NCBI GenBank assembly: GCA_965112155.1
Contig: OZ218103.1
Strand: one strand, 5' to 3'
Source of the DNA: Podarcis liolepis
Taxonomy: Eukaryota
Length of the DNA: 64,000 nt
Both the position numbers and the translations under genes were made by a program. Below the pieces are notes generated by a model. It saw only the letters and a list, made by a program, of their open reading frames with translations. It was not told the origin of the DNA and searched no databases. Below, one piece after another: positions 1-64,000 of the stretch. Within the stretch, counting starts at the first letter, position 1. Every line of letters starts with the position of its first letter.

Positions 1-7871
<7,871 letters not shown>

Positions 7872-9944
7872 TTAGTGACCTCTCAATTGTCCTCATTTAT
7901 TGGGCTGTTGTTCATTTTCATCTATTTTTTTCATGCATTCTGTTTCAGGCCCTACTACCCATCCCCATGAGAAAAAGATGCAAAGCTCCAAGTGCCTTAT
8001 GACAGGTGACTTTGAGTCCCTGTCCCCCTCCCTTTTCTCAAATCTGAAATCTACCGTACTTAGTTTGGTTATCAACCACCAGACACATCAAATTGCTCTA
8101 ATTGTTCTTCAACAGCTGCCTTTGCATCAACATAACCATAGACTAATTTGTGTCATGAAAATAAGGAATAATCCCTTGTACAGCCACTTTGAGTTCTGAG
8201 GAGACAGGATATCTATGTAATAAATAAAAACAGTACTGAACAACTAAATTTAAGTCTCTGTGATCATACATACCAGACACAAGACTTCACTCCAATTTGC
8301 AGGTTCAACTGAAATAAATGAACATACAGAAGATACATGGGCATCTGGTTAGCCATTGTGAGAACAGAATGCTTGGCCTTATCTAGCAGGCTGCTCTGCT
8401 CTAAATCCCCTTGCCAACTTATTTTTGTGCAGACAGACTGAACCCTAATGTAGTAGAGCATCCAGAAGTCTACCATAAGACCCAATGTTCTTTTCTTGAG
8501 AAATATTATCAAAGGCAAAACATTTACATGATTTGCAAGCCAAAAACAGAAACTGCCACTCTCTAGCAGCATTACTGGGAAAGCAGCAATGGCTTCTCTA
8601 GTTATGCATTCAGCATATAAACACACTCTTGAATACTTCATGGCTTTACAGTTATATAAAGGGATTTTTGAAGTAATACAGCTCTTTAAGAGAAATTAAG
8701 GAGCAATCGTATGCTTAAGCCCATTGATTTCAGATACAGCTAGTTTTGTATAGGATTTGGCTGCTCTTTTCCTGAAGTGTACTTTAGCACAATGCATAGT
8801 ATGTATGCTTACAAATCAGGCCTATCTACTTCATAGAGATGGAGATAAAATGTTGAAACTTCATTTCAGTTGTTTCCCAACTCCTAGCTCTCTTCTCTTG
8901 GAAAGCATGCTATGCCATTAACATCTCCTTAGCCACTTTGTATGCCTTAGATCTTAGGAATCAATTAACACTTGCATGCAGTAATGACACCCTAAATTCA
9001 CTTTATAATTGGCAATGCCAGTAGACAAAATTAGCAGCATCCTTCCCATCCTTTGAAAGCTACACTGATACATCCATGCATATATCAGACTTTTCCTCAT
9101 AGGGTGTAAGCACATACCATATATATATAAACACACACACACACACACACTTGTTTAACACTTTGGGGAAGGATACTGAAGCATACCCACACACTACTTT
9201 GCTCTTGAGTAGGCCAAGTAGGTGCAAATTTTAAACCTCTCAGTTACAATGAAATGGCCCAAACAGTTGAAACTTTTTGCCATTCTACTGATAAAATGCA
9301 AAAACTCAGAAAGGCAGAAATTAATTTCCGTTTCTGAACAGACTGACACTATAATTGATTTTATTCTGTGAATCGCCCTGAGACCTCTGGGTACAGGGCG
9401 GTATATAAATTCAATAAATAAATAATAATTGTAAAGATTTTTGTAGACTTTTTTCAAAATAATAGCCACCAGAGATAGTTTTCTTTTAAGCTCATGATTA
9501 ATGCATAAAGCCAATAAAATTGTTTAACACTGACAGATTTCAATACCAGTGTTTGACCAGTTTCAGAAGTCATAAATGGAATTCTTGCCTCTACATGAAT
9601 GAAGACTATCACAGTCCAATACATTGACTTAAATAGACATGATTATGGTCATTGTCCATTTGCAACATTTATAACAGGAACAGCCAGGAGCTGCGTACTC
9701 TCATGTCTGCGTGAGAAAATACCCAGACCTCCCAGGGACTAATAACATTTGGTACTATATGGGCCTAGGTTGTTAAATTGCACACATGAGGGTAGTGTTC
9801 CCCTCCACGAAACCTTTGAAGAGCAGCAGTTGAAATAGCCACAGTAGCGAAGGAGTGGAGTCCTTTCTATCCAAGTTGGCTACCTTGGTCTTGTCAGGCA
9901 GAAAGGCTGGGTATAAATATTTTAAATAAATCCACAATGTTTTT

Positions 9945-12900
9945 AAAACTTTTATTTATGAACCTTTAACAGCCTTTATACACACATTGCACAGTATCGA
10001 TCACTTATCTCTTTTCCCGACTTCCCAATCCATCTCTCTTGTAGGTTAAATTGTATATTGTACCCTCTAAGATAATCTCCAAAATACCTCCACTCTACTC
10101 TTCTCTTTAACTCATCCTTATTCCTTAGTTTTGCAGTCAAGGTTACTAATTCTACATATTCTATCAGTTTGCTTTACCAAGTTTCCTTCGTGGGTACCTC
10201 TACTTCTTTCCTTTTTTTTGCATATACTATTCTAGCTGCAGCGATTGCGTGCAGAAAGATATTGAGTGCCTTTTTTGGAATGCCATCACCTATTATCGCT
10301 AACAGGAAGGCCTCTGGTCTTTGGGGAAATGTGAATTTTAAAATCTTTAATTATTCTTTAGAGCAGGCATCCCCAAACTCGGCCCTCCAGCTCTTTTGGG
10401 ACTACAATTCCCATAATCCCTGACCACTAGTCCTGTTAGCTAGGGATGATGGGAGTTGTAGTCCCAAAACAGCTGGAGGGCCGAGTTTGGGGATGCCTGC
10501 TCTAGAGTATTTACACAACCACCACATATGAATCAGGGTTCCCTCTACCTCGTGGCACTTCCAGCATAAATTAGACCCTTTTTTATACATTTTCACTAAT
10601 TTGTTGGGTTGTCAAGTACCACTGGTACATCATCTTTTGTAGGTTTTCCTTAATAAGTTAACAGGCAGAAAAATTCATGGTTTTCCCCCCATAATTTTTC
10701 CCATGTGGACAATTCTATGTTGCAACCAATATCTATGGCCCATTTTGTCATTGTCGCCTTTACCATCTCATCTTTGGTCTCCCACTCCAATAACACTTTA
10801 TAAATTTTTGAGATTACCAGTAATTTATCATCCTTTCCTAATACAATTTTTTCAAATTCTGAACTCATTTCCGCCAATCCCTTTTCCTTATCTCTTTTGA
10901 ATACCGGTAACTCATTCACCTGAAAATACTGAAACCAATCTATAGTATGACCCCAAATCTCTTCTCCTTTTTTTAGGTGAACTCCTCCTTCTTTAAACTT
11001 TATAAGTGGCCCATTAGTCCATATTCAACCTTTTCATTGAGACCACCTCAGTTGGGGATATCCATTTTTGGGGGTTTCTCTCTAAAAGATCTTTGTGTCA
11101 CTGCCAAACAGTGTACATACTTCTTATGACATGGTTTTGGAAACCTTTGTGCACCCTTGATTTGTCATAATGCAGATATGCCTGCCATTCAAAGTGTAGA
11201 TCAAAACCTTCTAGGTCTAAAATGTTGGTATCTCTTAGCTCCATCTATTCTTTCATCCAACAAAAACACGCTGCCTCATAATAAAATCTAAGGTCTGGAA
11301 GGGCAAAGTCCCCTCTTTCTCTTACATCTGTCAGATTTGTATACTTAATTCGGGTTTTCCCCCTACCAAATGAAGTTTCTCACGTCCTATTTTCACATTT
11401 TGAAACAGTTCGGGCTATTACCACGAGTGTTTGAAATAAGAAGATCATCTTGGGCAAAACATTCATTTTGACTGCGGATATTCTTCCTAACAAAGAAAGG
11501 TTCAGTCTAGTCCATTTTTCTAGATTCTTTTTATTTCATTCCAGATTTTAACATAGTTATCCTGAAAAAGGTTTAAATTCTTAGCTGATATCCATATCCC
11601 CAAATATTTTTCTGTTTTAATTCCCATCATATTCTCAAGTCTTTCTTTTGCCTGTAAGTCTATTTTTTTTTACTATCATTTTTGTTTTTTCCTCATTTAT
11701 ATAGAATCCTGCCAAGTTGCCAAATTTTGTTATAGTTTCTATTGCCCTTGGGACGCTTTCCATCGAATTTTCCAACATCAACACGTCGTCCGCAAAGGCT
11801 TTCACTTTGTATTCTCTCTGCCCAACTTTAATTCCTGTTATTTCATCATTTTTCGTATTTCTCTAGTTAACACTTCTAATACGTATTAGGATAAACAGCA
11901 GTGGCAACAGGGGGCATCCCTGCCTTGTCCTCTTCTTGATACTACTTTTTTCTGTGACATTACTATTTACTATTGCTCTGTGTATACTGCATTTATCCCA
12001 TTAGAGTGTATGGCATTCAGAACAGCATTCTCCACTAATTTCCTCAGGAAGACCCAGAACACATTGTCAAAGGCCTTTTCAGCATAGAGGAATATTAGTG
12101 CTGCTTCTTTTTCATTTCTTTTTTCCAAGTATTTGATCACATTTCTAGTATTATTCCTTGGTAAAAAAACAACCTGCTTGATCCTCATGAATAGCTGATT
12201 CTAGGACCACCATCAGCTTTTTTGCCATTATTGCAGTGCACAACTTATAATCATTGTTCAGTAAGGAGATCAGCCTGTAGGTCTTGGGTTGGAGTATATC
12301 CTGATCTTGTTTGGGGATTAGAGTAATGTAAACGTTCTTCTACGATGTTGGTATTGTTCTCCCTTATAAACTTTCATTCATAATATCTTTAAGGGGCGTG
12401 GTAATGTTTCTCTTAATGTTTTATAATATGTGACTGAAAGTCCATCCAGACCAGGTGGTTTGCCAGACTTTGCCTGCTTGATAGGTACATCTATTTCCGT
12501 CATTGAGATGGGGGCATTCAGACCATCTACTTCGTCCTTTGTTAGCTGTGGTAGATAACATTTTTGCAAATATTCTTCTATGTCTTTCTCACTCTCCTTT
12601 CCATTCACGTACAAAGTCGAGTAGTATCTTAAAATTTCTTTTCTGAATTCTTTTTGGTTATATACCCTCTCCCCTACTATTATCTTGTTTATTATATTGG
12701 GGGGTTTTCTCCCTTTGAAGCTGCCACGCTAGTAACTTTCCCAGCTTATTGGCAAACTCAAATTGTTTTTGTTTTAAAGCTTTTTAGTCGTTGCTCTATT
12801 TCATTCTGTGTGATCATGGCAAATTGCGTTTGTAGTATTTTCAGTTTCTGAATACAAACTTTATCACCTGGTTTGTCCTCTAATATTTTTTCATAACACA

Positions 12901-13160
12901 TCATTTCCTTCAAAATTCTTTTTCTTCCTCTTTTCTTTCTCTAAAATGCATTTTGTTGAATAAAGAAGCCTCTTACAACCACATTACCAGCATATCACAT
13001 CCTGATCCATTCCTTTACTGGAGTTCCTTAGTTGTTTTATCGTTTTCTGTCAACACCACCGCATTAAGTCCTCTAATATTATTATCTCATTACATCTTTC
13101 AAATAATTTGCCTTCCAGCTCTCTGTAGAACTCCAGTATTTTTTTTTTCATTTAACTAGC
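9945..13160 (-). mobile_element. 5'-truncated, decayed L1-clade LINE (ORF2 fragments)
   Basis: Frameshifted minus-strand fragments GKPPGLDGL, AEKAFDNV, RQGCPL, RT FADD (about 11785-11797), KWAIDIG and C-terminal [14 protein letters not shown], with an A-rich tail near 9950. Confidence 0.88.
10364..10499. mobile_element. hAT-type MITE nested in the L1
   Basis: TIR CAGGCATCCCCAAACTCGGCCCTCCAGCT at both ends; 8-bp TSD CTTTAGAG/CTCTAGAG; nearly palindromic. Confidence 0.88.
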
Positions 13161-13974
13161 CTACAAGGTGATTAGCTCCACTTTCTACACATACCTGTGT
13201 TAGTAATTTTTTTTATACAACCTGGAAAAAGGTCAGATGAATTCAATCTTGTCCTCTTCCAGTTGTTCCATTAGCAAAAATGGTAGAGTACAGAAGTTTT
13301 GACTAGCGTTGACCACCCACATTTTTCCAGAACCCCTGAACATTTCTCATAAATAGGGACCATCTTTCCTTAAAGTTCAACCAAAATATAAACAACCTTG
13401 ACTGTCATCACAACCTAGCTGGACTAGGATTGCCTACTGTGTTCAAGTTACAGTCCTAAACATTCTTCCTATGCTCCTGTAAATATTTAAGGGCGGGGGG
13501 CAAAGATTCACCAAGTTCAATAGACTTCCTCTAGTAAGTATACTAGTCAGTACAATTGCTGCCATCCTCTGAAACAAAACCAGTTGAAAACCAAGATAAA
13601 AGGCCAGATTCAGCTAAATAGTTGTGCTAGCACAACAAGTCACGTTAATAGGAAGATGGGAAACTGGTCTACCTGGCAAGCAGAAATGTTTGCAATGACT
13701 GAGCAAACATAACAGCACAATGCTGAACTCTTCCCATAGTATTTCTAAGTAAAATATGTTTATAACCAGTCTTACTGACAAATCTCAAATTCTCTTTTAG
13801 ATGTAATAGATAAGGTTGAAAGTAAGCAAGCTGTCCTTACCAAGTTGTTGCTCTCCAAGCCAGATGTGCATACAAATCCAACATATATATACAAGTGGCC
13901 TCCAAGAACAGCAGAAGACCTGCAGAACACACTTCAAACCCCTCACAATACAGGACTTGATGCATTCAGAAATA

Positions 13975-13980
13975 TTTATT
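13975..13980 (-). terminator. Candidate KIF2C polyadenylation signal (AATAAA on minus strand)
   Basis: tttatt on the + strand, about 400 nt past the KIF2C stop codon. Confidence 0.5.
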
Positions 13981-14375
13981 TATAAACTGCTTCAATTACT
14001 GATTATTTATATTTTAAAAAGTCTCAAACAGCAAAACCAGTTCAAGATTCACTGGATTGCATTCAATGTTAACATTTCAAAAGTATTTAGTGAAATACTT
14101 TATTTACACTAGAAAAATGTACAAGCTTACCAAGAGACACCAAAGCAACTCTTCTTAGCCTTCAGTTGTGAAGAGGAGCAATGGTCCCAGAAACATCACA
14201 TTCTGGCAGAGTACTTTCCTTTGCCTGCATAAAGGATAGCACCCTCTCCCCAAAACAGGGGACCCTCAAACAAGATAGGATGAACCTTCTGCTTGCATTT
14301 TAAATACAGTTAACAGCAAACCAAAGAAGTGACAGACAAATAGAGAGGGAAGAAATTCATTTAACAAGTGGGTAA

Positions 14376-35924
<21,549 letters not shown>

Positions 35925-36489
35925 AGTACTGGAAAAGTCTGGTTCTCTAGCGTCAGCAAAAAAAAAGGAGCACCTCTCACTTCACAGACCGGTATCGAAA
36001 AGAAGCAGCGAATCAACTGCCGCCGTTTTGAACGGAGCGCGCCGCAAAGCCTGCCGGGAAGCTACGTCTGTCAGGTGACGTAAATGCCTACAAAAAAACT
36101 ACATCTACCAGCACGACTTGCGGCGCCTGCCCCTTAATTGTTTCCCCATGTTTTCTGGAGTTTTGCACTTCCGAAAATGACGTGCAAGCCAAAGTTAATA
36201 ACATGGAGCCTACCCGGAGGAGCGTTCTAAGGGGGATGTGGCCTCTCTTGTGACGGAGAAGCAGCTATATAGGTAGACGAATGACGGGGTCTTTTAGTGC
36301 AGAATAATTGGTATCTCGTAATTTTTAACTTTTCCGTTTTCAACCTTTTTTGCGTTTTGCCCGATTCATTTATTTTTGCCTTTTGGTATACAACTTTTCC
36401 TTTTTTGAATCGTATCCATGGCATTTTATTCCGCTCTTCCTTCAAGCTCAGGCACCCCGCCACCCGTTTTTATTCCCTTTACACCCTTA

Positions 36490-36605
36490 TAAGATGGGCT
36501 GCCTGAGAGACACAAGCCCAATGTCACCGAGGGAGTTTTATGGCGGAGGGGGCATTTGCACAGGGTTCCCCAAGTCCGATGGGCTAGCGATCAGAACGCT
36601 ACATT
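36490..36605 (+). repeat. Degenerate MIR/L2-related SINE fragment; a similar copy lies near 41790-41890
   Basis: GCCCAA.GTCACC.AG.GAGTTT.ATGGC.GAG.GGG.ATTTG.AC..GG.T..CC core. Confidence 0.4.
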
Positions 36606-36805
36606 TCCGGCAGTCCTTCATTCATTGATATACAGTAAATCGTAATTACCGGTAACTTCAAAATCAGACTTTTTAAATTCTTGCTTCCGCCTAAACACGT
36701 ATAAAACTTCGCTATGGGTCGGCATTAAAAGAAACGAACAGCATCATACTTTTAACAACACTGTTTTATGCCTGTTGATTTTTGTGAAGTTGGTAAGCAT
36801 TCAAA

Positions 36806-36817
36806 TCTATTTTTAAC
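36806..36817 (-). terminator. snRNA 3' box of the U5 gene
   Basis: GTTAAAAATAGA about 10 nt downstream of the mature 3' end; fits GTT(T)N-AAA-N-AGA. Confidence 0.7.
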
Positions 36818-36827
36818 AGCAAAAAAG

Positions 36828-36944
36828 TAGCCCCACCGAAGCGGGGCCTCAAAAAATTAGTTGTAAACTCATAACTGTTCCTCTCCACGGAAATCTTTAG
36901 TAAAAGGCGAAAGATTTATACGATCTGAAGAGAAACCAGAGTAT
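36828..36944 (-). ncRNA. RNU5: U5 spliceosomal snRNA
   Basis: Reverse complement reads ATACTCTGGTTTCTCTTCAGATCGTATAAATCTTTCGCCTTTTACTAAAGATTTCCGTGGAGAGGAACAG...AATTTTTTGAGGCCCCGCTTCGGTGGGGCTA. It has the invariant loop I GCCTTTTAC, Sm site AATTTTTTG and a 3' hairpin with a C(UUCG)G loop; 117 nt. Confidence 0.97.
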
Positions 36945-36979
36945 AAACTTAAGCACCGTGGTAGATTTGCTGGAGTAAC

Positions 36980-37212
36980 CACGCCTGCTTCTTAGGTGAC
37001 AGCAACTCCTTTAAACCAAGGGTTAAAATCTTGCTTTTCAACAATGAGTTATATTCCGGAATTTCTACTTGCTTTTAGAACCAGCACATGTAATATTTCA
37101 CAACAGAAATAAACAGAAAATACAGATAAAAGAATTAATTCAGCGCACTGCATTATGGTTGTGACTAAATGCAAAATAAGCTCACAAACTCTTCCTGCTT
37201 TACGCCCCGCCC
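36980..37212 (-). promoter_or_regulatory. U5 Pol II snRNA promoter (PSE candidates and DSE)
   Basis: PSE candidates TCACCTAAGAAGCAGG at about -55 and TAACCCTTGGTTTAAAGG at about -81 to -64. DSE at about -200 to -268 with SPH/Staf-like AACCATAATGCAGTGCG (37144-37160), a one-mismatch octamer ATGCAAAA (37169-37176) and a GC box GCCCCGCCC (37204-37212). Confidence 0.6.
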
Positions 37213-37569
37213 TCACCCAAGCCGTCAGCAGCGGCTGGATGCCCATATCTGTCAGTGGCTTCCCTTGCTGCTACAGACTTGTTGGGTCTTGTTCATAATG
37301 GTGGTTCAATTTTCTACATACAGTACTTGGAAAAATGATACCACTGGATAATTACGCAGTGAGCAATGTAACTAACAGGCAGGAAGTAGCAAGGCCCCAT
37401 AAAAATCTACACTTGGCTATGACAACACACTAATGATTAGTTTCTTTTCAATCTATCATCTCCAAGGAAGAAAAAAAAATGCCCTTTTTCAAAAAGAGGA
37501 TTTCATACTAAAAAATATATTTGCCAACAAATTTTCTTTTCAAATTCTAGTCTCAAACTCAGCAATAAC

Positions 37570-38628
37570 AAATTTGCCAACCCGAACCAATGGATTGAAG
37601 TTACATGAAAGCAGATTCTGACTAAACATCAAGAAGCACTTTGACAGTAAGAGCTGTTTGACAGTGGAACACAGTGGCGTAGCGTGGGGGGTGCCAGCCG
37701 CACCGGGCGCAACATCTGGGGGGGGGGGCGCGAGTCCAGAGGGAAGGGACAAGTTCCTCCGCCGGGGCCCCCGCCACCGCTGCGGCTGCGCTCCACTCAC
37801 TGCTCGCAGGAGGAGCAGGCGCTGCAGCAGCGCCGCCACCGACGACTGGCCGGGCACGGGCAGCCTCCGCACCCCGCCGCCGCCATCCCCTCGGCCCAGC
37901 CACAGTCGGCGGCTGCTTCTGCCGACTGGGAGGGAGGAGAGCTCCGAGGGGCCTTGACGCGCCCTGCGCTCCCCAAAACCCTCCGAGAGGAAGCCGGCGG
38001 GTGGGCGAGAGTCTCCCGGCAGAAGGGGGCGCCGCTGGCTCCGGCTCTCAGCGCAATTCTCAGCCGCAGGGCGGGGGGGGCGAGGACGGAGCACGGCTGG
38101 AAGCCCCCGGACCCAGCTGGGAGGAGGAGAGGCGCTCGCCAAGCCCGGATCTGGAGCTCCACCTACAGCCCAAGGAGAGGAGGGGGCGGGGAGGCGCCCG
38201 AGGGGAGGGGGCTTCAGCTGCCTCGGCCCGCGGGGGCTCCGCAAATAATAAATTTAATAAATTCCTGCTGAGCCTTGGGGTGGGTCCTTGGCTCCTTCGC
38301 TCGCCCCCAGCCCCAGTGGCGTAGCGTGGGGGGGTGCAGGGGGGCCGGACGCAACATCTGGGGGGGGGCACGCTTGCACTCGAGTGCTAAAATCCACGGG
38401 TTAGGGGGCGCAAATTAATTGCCTTGCCCCGGGTGCTGACAACCCACGCTACGCCACTGGTGGAACAGACTCCCTGAGAAGGTTGTGGACTGTCCTTCAC
38501 TGGAGGTTTTTAGCACTGGCTGGCCACCTGTCATGGATGCTTTAGTTGAGATTCCTGCATTGCAGGGGGTTGGACTAGATAGCCCTTGGGGGGTCCTTTC
38601 CAATTCTACAATTCCTATGATTCTATGA
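37570..38628 (+). mobile_element. CR1 LINE 3' fragment, split by the hAT element
   Basis: TRTNGLKLHESRF-type ORF2 end, continues after the TSD as TGGAACAGACTCCC...CCTTCACTGGAGGTTTT, and ends in ATTCTATG repeats. Confidence 0.8.
37672..38459. mobile_element. Non-autonomous GC-rich composite hAT element inserted into a CR1 3' end
   Basis: TIR CAGTGGCGTAGCGTGGG / CCCACGCTACGCCACTG; perfect 8-bp TSD GTGGAACA (37664-37671, 38460-38467); second internal left end at 38314. Confidence 0.9.
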
Positions 38629-38689
38629 TACCAGTACTTGGTGTCTGTTTCTGCACTTTCTTTTAGGGTTATCACACTCCCCATAAATA

Positions 38690-39025
38690 CATTTTCCCTG
38701 TGCTGGTGGCCATCAATGCGTCCTGAGGGAGCAAGTTCCTTAGTTTAAATATATGCTGCATATTTAAACTACTTTTATCTGTTCCAAATCTTCCAACATT
38801 CAGCTTCATTGGATGTCCTTGAGTTCTAGCATTATGAGAGAGGAAGAAAATCTTTATCCTTTTTCTCCATACCATGCATAATTTTATAATCTTTTATTAT
38901 GTCACCACTTACTCACCTTTTCTTTAAACTAAGAAGTCCCAAATGCTGTGCCACCTTTCTTCCCAGGTGAGTTGCTCCATCCCATTTATCATTTAGGTTG
39001 CCCCTTTCTGAACCTTTTCCAAGTC
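38690..39025 (-). mobile_element. CR1 LINE fragment
   Basis: Minus-strand FFLSHNARTQGHPMKLNVGRFGTDK, typical of the CR1 ORF2 C-terminus. Confidence 0.75.
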
Positions 39026-39549
39026 AAAGGCGCACAAATGTGCGCGTGGAAACAGACCCATGTATGCACGAATGCCGGAGTGTAGGGACAGCCTTTATTG
39101 CCCTGCATATAAACAACAGAAGAAGAAGGAATAGCTTTAAGAACATACACTCTCCTTAACTGTCCCTCCCCTCTAGTGACTGATGCAGGGAGGTGGCTGA
39201 CACCCCAACCAGGTATTATAGACTCAGCTCCTTCTTCGATTCTCAGATTGCACTTAGAGTTTCCCAGTAACAGCTCTTACTGATTTGGTTAATATTATGT
39301 ATTGCATTTACTTTAGGCCTTTTTATTATTACACCTTTTCATGTCATAAACTTTTTTCCCACTTTGTACATATGGTTAGGAATGGACTATATGTACATAA
39401 ACATTTTTATTGAAGTGCTTGTGGATTAGGCTTGTAGTAGCACACAATCCAGGCCAGATATTACAGAGTGCTATCACAGAAAGGGCCCTGTCAGAAATAT
39501 AAAAAGCAAATAGAGACCAGGTGCACACACAGATCTACTCTCCTTAACA

Positions 39550-39608
39550 GATCTTAGGTAACAGCAAACATAAACAGTAGCTACTGCCATGGTGATTATT
39601 CCAATCAC
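39550..39608 (+). promoter_or_regulatory. Putative CCDC17 proximal promoter motifs
   Basis: Tandem forkhead-type GCAAACA/TAAACA, degenerate RFX X-box-like TAGGTAAC and CTGCCATGGTGAT, and CCAAT, all about 180-230 nt upstream of the ATG. Confidence 0.3.
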
Positions 39609-39783
39609 TCTGGGCTACTTTGCTGCATCATTTTGGCTGGCTAGCACCACCTGCCAGTTACCAGCATAGCAACTATAGAAACTCCATATGCTGTTGTAGT
39701 CCTTTCCTGCAAGGAAGAACAAGTGCCCAGTGCCTTCCAAATAAACACCACCCTTTGTGGAACAGCAGCAGCAGTCACTCCTC

Positions 39784-62710
<22,927 letters not shown>

Positions 62711-63385
62711 AGAGAAGGAACAAGACATCTTAGGCTACATACTAGCTTACTCTACTGGAAATCATTGCAAGACTTTATTAACAGTTTGTGAAGAATGTCC
62801 ATCCTGTAGCCTAATATCTCAAGTGGCTACCTGTGTTTTATAGTGGCTATGGTAAAGTATATTAATGTGGCTGACATCTTGGCAGTGAATGAGGGATAAT
62901 CACCTGCTTGAAGCAGCCATGGTATTTTGCTTTTTAAAAAAAACAAAACCCAGGTGTCACTTCCTTACTTGGAAACTGCACAAACATTGGCTGCTGTGCA
63001 CCTAAACCTGCATCAATTCTCTGGACTGAGTATTTTCCATATCTCCTTTATACCATTCCTAAGTAGTGGTTTAATTCTAGCACCCATGAGCCTCTCACCC
63101 TTATATCATCTCTCCCCAACAGAATCCTACTTTAACCTGGGCTCTTCTTCCAGCTGAGTTAATGTAATGTGTCTGACACGCAAATGAGACATTTTGCATC
63201 AAACACAAGCCTGATTCAATTTTTTAGTTTGTCAAAGCAGATCTATTTTAAGTTCCATCCTTTTGTCTTCCCTCATATTTGCAGCTACTCTAACCAGCAC
63301 TCTGCTTGACTCCCACAAAATTTGCTAGAAGGCTCATCCTCTTAAAACTATTTCCAGTCTGACACAGTAGACAAATGGTTTAGTG

Positions 63386-63638
63386 CAGGGGTCAGCAAAC
63401 TTCAGCAGGGGGCCAGTTCACTGTCCCTCAGACCTTGTGGGGGGCTGGACTTTTTTTTTTTTTGGGGGGGGGGGGTAACGAATTCCTATGCCACACAAAT
63501 AACCCAGAGATGCATTTTAAATTAAAAGGGCACATTCCACTCATGTAAAAACACGCTGATTTCCGGACCGTCTGCGGGCCAGATTTATAAGGCGATTGGG
63601 CCAGATCTGGCCCCCGGGCCTTAGTTTGCTTACCCATG
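63386..63638. mobile_element. hAT-type MITE
   Basis: TIRs CAGGGGTCAGCAAACT / AGTTTGCTTACCCATG with perfect 8-bp TSD GTTTAGTG. Confidence 0.88.
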
Positions 63639-64000
63639 GTTTAGTGCTTCCTAAGACTTGCAGTTTCAAACTAAATCCAGGAAGAAATGCCACCAACATT
63701 TAGGCCCCATATCTGCTCAGTATCTAGGCTACAATTTTCTAACCACAAAAAAATGCTACTTTGCTTCCTAAACCCTTACAAACCAAGACATTTACAAGTC
63801 AGTACATCAACTGAAAGCCAGCCTGGCACTGCTGTTGTAGAACTGGCTAGGAGGCAGATGCAACCATCTTTAGGTCTGCTGATTGAGACAATAGGTATTT
63901 ATGCATGAATACAGCTGAATTTTTATCAAAAGGCAGTGTTAAATGTTTGAGTAATCTTTATTGAATACAAAAGTTGCCAAAAGTGAAAAAATACATTATA

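Noticed and set aside
37540-38371. Several long overlapping ORFs (up to 234 aa) on both strands
   Set aside because: Pro/Arg/Gly-rich products of a GC-rich, stop-poor transposon interior; no splice context or recognisable domain.

Overview
Vertebrate (squamate, probably lacertid lizard) genomic DNA, judged from spliceosomal introns and BovB-, CR1-, L1- and MITE-type repeats. Three protein-coding genes were reconstructed by hand from splice sites and reading phase. (1) The 3' part of ARMH1 (+, 1-7871). (2) A complete 21-exon KIF2C/MCAK (-, 35924 to 14376, about 720 aa), convergent with ARMH1 and separated from it by a decayed L1. (3) A 33-exon CCDC17 (+, 39784-62710, about 1520 aa). An intact U5 snRNA gene with 3' box and distal element lies about 0.9 kb upstream of the KIF2C start codon, on the same strand. 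The most notable feature is that CCDC17 does not stop where the mammalian protein I recall stops. About 19 more in-phase exons add roughly 830 aa, giving what looks like four tandem C2-like modules behind a zinc-finger-like motif and coiled coil, and a splice-or-stop junction sits at the mammalian end point. Other points: a young GC-rich composite hAT element that mimics a CpG island, a perfect 32-bp intronic hairpin, a GC-AG intron, an R-to-W change in the KIF2C motor, and relics of exon duplication. Gene identities rest on recalled orthologue sequences, not on database searches.
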